Origin: a virus
Taxonomy: Duplodnaviria; Caudoviricetes
IMG/VR virus record: IMGVR_UViG_3300037045_000076
Coordinates: 1-27,033 of that record
Length of the DNA stretch: 27,033 nucleotides
Strand: one strand, 5' to 3'
Shown: piece by piece, positions 22,981-27,033 of the stretch
Layout of the letters: each line of letters opens with the position of its first letter
Numbering within the stretch: position 1 is the stretch's first letter
Position numbers and translations under genes: made by a program
The notes under the pieces: model-generated
Databases searched by the model: none
Told to the model about the DNA's origin: nothing
The model's input: only the letters and a program-made list of their open reading frames with translations

Positions 22981-24582
22981 ATGCCAATACAAAGCGATGG
23001 AAAAATCAAATCAGACCCGACCGGCCTTTTGCTCGGCTCCTCCAGTGCCCTCTCTCCCGCGGTCAACTCTATCGGCTCCCCGGGCAGCGCCGGCTTCGGC
23101 GTCGGGATCGCCCCGGAGACCGCCCTGCCTCCGGGTATGGTCCCCCTGTATGGGTACACCGAACCGACCCACTTCAATTTCGGCAACTACCAGTACAAAG
23201 ACGGCTCCGTCATGTGCTGGGTACCGAAATACTACTACAAGATCGGCACCGGAGCCAACGGGCTGCCGGCCAACCGGGTCGACATTGCCGGCGTCCAGAC
23301 CTTCGCCACTACCGCCCTGGCCAACAATGCCGGCTACGCATTGCACCGGGCCTTTATCGATGGCGGGGCGGAAAAAGACGGCTTCTTTGTCGACAAATAC
23401 ATTGTCAGCAAAAACGCCTGGGGTACCGGTTATATTGCCAGTTCTATCAAAAACGGCCTGCCGCTTTCCACCAACAGTGCCCACAACCCGATCGGAGACC
23501 TGACCGCCGTCAGCGGGGCCAACTATTATTACTCGGCCCTCACCGCTGCAAGGGCCCGGAGCGGACTCAACGGCGCCGTCGACGCCAACTCACCCTTTTT
23601 CTGTACGAGCCGCTTCATCTATGCTGCCCTGGCGCTGCTGTCCATGGCCCACGGCCAGGCCTCAGCCAATGGTCAGTTTTGCGGCTGGTTCGACGCGACG
23701 AAGAATTTTCCGAAAGGGTGTAACAATAACGCCCTGGCGGATGAATCCGACGCCACCGTCACCTATCAATCGGACGGCTACTCCAACTGTGCCAAAACGG
23801 GCAGCGGTAACCCTTTTGCCAAAACAACCCACAACGGCCAGGCCTGTGGTGTCGCTGACCTTAATGGCCTGATGTGGGAGATCAGCGCCGGGCTTACCTG
23901 TATCGCCGCAAGTAAAACAATTACTGGTGCATCAAAAGCCAATCCCTGTGTGATAACCATTGTCGGACATGGCTACACAACCGGCCAGGTTGCAATGATC
24001 ACCAGCGTCGGCGGCATGACGCAACTCAACGACAAAATCTACACACTCACGTCGATCAACGCGGACACCTTCTCGCTGAACGGTGTCGACTCTTCCGCTT
24101 ACACTGATTTCACCACGGGTGGATCCGTGACCGTCGGCACATTCTACGCCGCTAAATCGGCGACAAAGATGCGCGACTTCACCTCCGGCAACTCAGCCGC
24201 CACCGATCACTGGGGGGCAACCGGCGTAGCCGCCATGATGGATGCCTTCGCCATGCCGCTCCTGGCAGCGTCCGGCGGAACAGCGATTGCACAGCGGTTT
24301 GGGAATGCTGCTAACCAGGTCCTCTCCGAGGCAACCTCCGGCGCCGGATGGCTTCTTGCTGGTCTCGGCATCCAGAAAGACAGTGCCGGAATTTCTTCAG
24401 CAGGAACCAACCTTTTTGGCACCGACTATTTTTATGAGTATATCAGGAATGAGCTATGCGTCATCTCCGGTGGGATCTGGAACGACGGTTCGTCTGCCGG
24501 CGTGTGGTGCCTGGCTGTGAGCTCCGCTCGGACGAACTCGGGCAGCTCTGTGGGGTTCCGGTGTGCCTGCTACCCTGCTTAA
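22981..24582 (+). CDS. DGR target protein (CLec/FGE-sulfatase-like fold; probable receptor-binding fibre)
   Basis: LHRAF..GFFVDKY, GVADLNGLMWE (cf. FGE GLYDMxGNVWE), C-terminal SGG.W.....GVW......R......VGFRCA encoded by the VR. Confidence 0.9.
   Translation: MPIQSDGKIKSDPTGLLLGSSSALSPAVNSIGSPGSAGFGVGIAPETALPPGMVPLYGYTEPTHFNFGNYQYKDGSVMCWVPKYYYKIGTGANGLPANRVDIAGVQTFATTALANNAGYALHRAFIDGGAEKDGFFVDKYIVSKNAWGTGYIASSIKNGLPLSTNSAHNPIGDLTAVSGANYYYSALTAARARSGLNGAVDANSPFFCTSRFIYAALALLSMAHGQASANGQFCGWFDATKNFPKGCNNNALADESDATVTYQSDGYSNCAKTGSGNPFAKTTHNGQACGVADLNGLMWEISAGLTCIAASKTITGASKANPCVITIVGHGYTTGQVAMITSVGGMTQLNDKIYTLTSINADTFSLNGVDSSAYTDFTTGGSVTVGTFYAAKSATKMRDFTSGNSAATDHWGATGVAAMMDAFAMPLLAASGGTAIAQRFGNAANQVLSEATSGAGWLLAGLGIQKDSAGISSAGTNLFGTDYFYEYIRNELCVISGGIWNDGSSAGVWCLAVSSARTNSGSSVGFRCACYPA
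24454..24569 (+). repeat. DGR variable region (VR)
   Basis: 116-nt copy of 25029-25144 with 19 mismatches, 17 of them opposite TR adenines. Confidence 0.97.
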
Positions 24583-24599
24583 GGGAGTGATAACGACCG

Positions 24600-25004
24600 A
24601 TGACGCAGTCCAGTGGTGAAGTTCATTTAAATCGCAAGTTCATGGAGCTGATAAAACTCCTGAACATTTACCTCAACCACTTTCCAAAGCACGAGAAATT
24701 CGCGCTCAGCAACAGGATCCGGAACACCGCCTATGAAATCTACGACAATATTTCCGAGGGCCAGAAGCGATACTTGAAAAAGACCACGCTGAGCAACCTG
24801 GACATTGCCCACGAGAAGCTCAGGATGCAGATCTACCTCGCCTACGAGCTGGGGTATTTCCGATTCAAGGACGGCAAGGAAACCGACAAAACACCAGAAG
24901 AGCTCGAAGGCCACCGCTTTGGCTCCCTCAGTCTCTTGGTGGACGAGCTGGGCAGGATGATCGGCGGCTGGATTAAGAAGATGAAGGACGATAGCAGATG
25001 GTGA
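24600..25004 (+). CDS. avd: DGR accessory variability determinant (four-helix bundle)
   Basis: FPKHEKFAL..IRN, LRMQIYLAYELGY, ELGRMIGGWIK; lies between VR and TR. Confidence 0.92.
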   Translation: MTQSSGEVHLNRKFMELIKLLNIYLNHFPKHEKFALSNRIRNTAYEIYDNISEGQKRYLKKTTLSNLDIAHEKLRMQIYLAYELGYFRFKDGKETDKTPEELEGHRFGSLSLLVDELGRMIGGWIKKMKDDSRW

Positions 25005-25266
25005 AGTAGAAGAACGGGCACCACATTACTATGCGTCATCTCCGGTGGGAACTGGAACAACGGTTCGAATGCCGGCGTGTGGTACCTGAATTTGAACAAC
25101 TATCGGACGAACTCGAACAACAATGTGGGGTTCCGGTGTGACTGTCTCTCTGGCCTCAAAACGCGCAGGCGTATAGTGGAGATACAGGGGTGTGGTGTCC
25201 GGCGTTACGCGAAATCAACCAGCCGGACTTTTTAGTAGGACAATCCGAACATCAGGATGGCACTTT
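25005..25266 (+). ncRNA. Putative DGR template RNA (5' flank + TR + spacer)
   Basis: The avd-RT intergenic region; 25015-25026 can pair with 25190-25201, and further stems lie in the spacer. Boundaries are inferred. Confidence 0.6.
25029..25144 (+). repeat. DGR template region (TR)
   Basis: Non-coding copy with 11 AAY triplets in the VR frame and 28 adenines in total. Confidence 0.97.
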
Positions 25267-26313
25267 TTGAAACGACACGGCAATCTTTTCAACGAAATAT
25301 TTACCCGGGAAAACCTGCACCAGGCCTTCCTCGATGCCCGCAAGGGCAAACGGAAGAAGCGTGCCTGCTTCGATTTCGAGACAGCACTCGGCCGCAACCT
25401 GGAGATGCTCTACCAGGAGATCCACTCAGGCACCTACCGCCCGCGTCCGTATTATACCTTCAAGGTCTACGAGCCCAAGGAACGCATCATCCACGCCCCG
25501 GCGTTCCGCGATATCGTCGTGCAGCACGCGATCTATCGGATCATCTATCCGCTCTTTAACAAGACATTCATCGATCAATCCTTCGCCTGCCGGAACGGCA
25601 TGGGCACTCACCGGGCCAGCGACTACACTCAGCGAGCTCTGCGCAAATGCGATCCCGACAGCTACACGCTGAAACTGGATATCCGGAAATTCTTCCACAG
25701 TATCGACCGATCCATCCTGAACTGGCTGCTCGAACGAAAGATTAAAGACCAGCGACTGGTTGACCTGATGATGCTCTACGCCGAATGCGACGGACCGGCC
25801 GGGATCCCGATCGGCAACCTCCTCAGCCAACTATATGCCCTGGTCTACCTCAACCCTCTGGACCATTACGTCAAGCGGATCCTCGGGGTGAAAAACTACG
25901 TCCGCTATGTCGATGATTTCATCCTGTTCGGCCTGACCCGCGAGCAGTGCCTCGAATACCGGGAGCGGATCATCATTTACCTGGATAAAGCGCTCCGCCT
26001 GACACTCTCGAAATCCACCATCCAAAAGGTACGCCGTGGCGTCAATTTCGTCGGCTACCGCACCTGGCGACACAAGCGCTTTATCCGAAAGTTCAGCCTG
26101 TACCGATTCAAGAAAGCGCTGCGCACCGGCAACGCCAGATCAATAGCCTCGATCCTTGGACACGCCTGTCGCACCAACTCACTGCCGCACATGCTGCGGC
26201 TCATCAAGGAGAGCAGCAATGGCCAAAATATACCGCTTCCAAAAAGCCTCGGACGAATACACCAGCTACGGCCCGCAAGGCGAAGGGATCACCGAGCTCT
26301 GCACGCTGCCTGA
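25267..26313 (+). CDS. DGR reverse transcriptase
   Basis: (M)KRHGNLF, PKERII.AP.FRD.VVQHA, LKLDIRKFF.SI, GIPIGNLLSQ (DGR-type SQ motif), YVRYVDDF, VNFVGY. TTG25267 has an AGGA SD; no maturase or endonuclease domain. Confidence 0.95.
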   Translation: MKRHGNLFNEIFTRENLHQAFLDARKGKRKKRACFDFETALGRNLEMLYQEIHSGTYRPRPYYTFKVYEPKERIIHAPAFRDIVVQHAIYRIIYPLFNKTFIDQSFACRNGMGTHRASDYTQRALRKCDPDSYTLKLDIRKFFHSIDRSILNWLLERKIKDQRLVDLMMLYAECDGPAGIPIGNLLSQLYALVYLNPLDHYVKRILGVKNYVRYVDDFILFGLTREQCLEYRERIIIYLDKALRLTLSKSTIQKVRRGVNFVGYRTWRHKRFIRKFSLYRFKKALRTGNARSIASILGHACRTNSLPHMLRLIKESSNGQNIPLPKSLGRIHQLRPARRRDHRALHAA

Positions 26314-26650
26314 TGGGTTCACGTATGTTTCGGTACCGGATGATGGGAAATTGTCCGACGAGCAGCCGAAGCAGATCCAGATCGAGGAGCCGATCCTCAC
26401 TGACGAGCTGAAAGAGCAGATCAAGGCAACGAGCCCACACTGCCAGCTGATCTATACCAGGATGCAGGAGAAGATCCGCGAGAAGTATTGCTCAGAAGAC
26501 GAGATGTACATGACCCGGATCAGCGTCGGGCAACTCGCCGGCATGTATCAGATGCAGCCGGGCGAGCCGGAGCTGATAGTGGCATACCAAACCTTCATCG
26601 AGGGGATCAGGCAATGGGGAAAGTCAGAGCGGGCAAAATTCGGACTGTAA
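26219..26650 (+). CDS. Hypothetical protein, possible tail-fibre assembly chaperone
   Basis: AAGGAG SD precedes ATG26219; IREKYCSEDE..YQTFIEGIR..K pattern; overlaps the RT 3' end by 95 nt. Confidence 0.65.
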   Translation: MAKIYRFQKASDEYTSYGPQGEGITELCTLPDGFTYVSVPDDGKLSDEQPKQIQIEEPILTDELKEQIKATSPHCQLIYTRMQEKIREKYCSEDEMYMTRISVGQLAGMYQMQPGEPELIVAYQTFIEGIRQWGKSERAKFGL

Positions 26651-26868
26651 TTAAACGCTATCTGAAAAACATCGCCATCTGGATCGATCAGGGCTGCAAC
26701 GTCGTACTGTTTGCCGGATCCCCTGACGAGACAATCAGCAGCAGAATCGGCCGCAATCAACATATCTGGATCTGCCGGTTCGCGAAACGGGTGGTTGATA
26801 TGGTCTTTGGCCTCGGGCACTGCGAACGGAGCATCGAGCACGAAGAGTGCCGGAAAGGCGAACTGTAA
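26614..26868 (+). CDS. Conserved small phage protein (DQ..N...G.PDETISSR.G family)
   Basis: YLKNIAIWIDQGCNVVLFAGSPDETISSRIGR...HCERSIE; start is uncertain. Confidence 0.7.
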   Translation: MGKVRAGKIRTVIKRYLKNIAIWIDQGCNVVLFAGSPDETISSRIGRNQHIWICRFAKRVVDMVFGLGHCERSIEHEECRKGEL

Positions 26869-26872
26869 CCCC

Positions 26873-27033
26873 ATGATAACCGGCTTCAAAAGAGAGCGCC
26901 GAGGCTCAGGATTCCGCGTAGCTGTCCAGGTCGATCATTCCTCCTGGGGGCATGGTGAGGCGGCAACAATCCGGGCAGCAAAGAAGCTGGCCAAAACCGA
27001 AGCAGAACGTAAAGCGGCGAGGCGGCCGGAAAC
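26873..27033 (+). CDS. Partial ORF running off the window, with a dsRBD-like pattern
   Basis: MITGFKRERRGSGFRVAVQVDHSSWGHGEAATIRAAKKLAKTEAERKAARRPE... Confidence 0.45.
   Translation, partial: MITGFKRERRGSGFRVAVQVDHSSWGHGEAATIRAAKKLAKTEAERKAARRPE

Larger units (their letters stand above)
22981..26313 (+). mobile_element. Diversity-generating retroelement (target-VR, avd, TR, RT)
   Basis: All four canonical components are present in BPP-1-like order. Confidence 0.96.

Noticed and set aside
25192-26313. RT as group II intron, retron or Abi RT; start at 25192
   Set aside because: The SQ motif, adjacent avd and A-specific TR/VR pair define a DGR. 25192-25266 is spacer RNA, and TTG25267 gives the typical KRxGNLF start.
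1-27033. Second VR / additional DGR target in the window
   Set aside because: No other match to the TR (e.g. GTGGGGTTCCGG or ATCTCCGGTGGG) was seen by eye. A blastn of the TR against the whole genome is needed to exclude remote targets.
1-27033. tRNA, rRNA, integrase or att sites
   Set aside because: None recognisable; prophage boundaries are not inside this window.

Overview
All credible genes lie on the + strand and form one contiguous segment of a lambda-like (gpA terminase, portal, S49 protease, gpD, gpE) temperate phage or prophage. The host is possibly a Geobacter/Desulfobacterota-like organism, which is an inference only. The order is: gpZ-like gene; candidate cos site; replication block (IS1595-type Zn-ribbon/HTH protein without a DDE domain, P4/D5-type SF3 helicase, iteron-like AT-rich origin, Zn-finger/TOPRIM primase, phage copy of the DnaN sliding clamp, MazG-like protein); terS; accessory island 1; terL; accessory island 2; head module; lysis cassette (holin, signal-peptide SLT endolysin, separated spanins). 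It ends in a complete diversity-generating retroelement (DGR): a 533-aa target with a C-terminal VR (24454-24569), then avd, TR (25029-25144) and RT. By manual alignment TR and VR differ at 19 of 116 positions, 17 of them at TR adenines. Notable extras: an E1-FCCH-like domain inserted in the DGR target, a predicted helix that closes the TR RNA, attC-like half-sites at gene borders in the accessory islands, a family of 7-nt repeats (one inside the o-spanin signal peptide), a 9-bp tandem array before the head operon, and unannotated Cys-rich microproteins. All family assignments come from motifs recognised by eye; no database searches were run.
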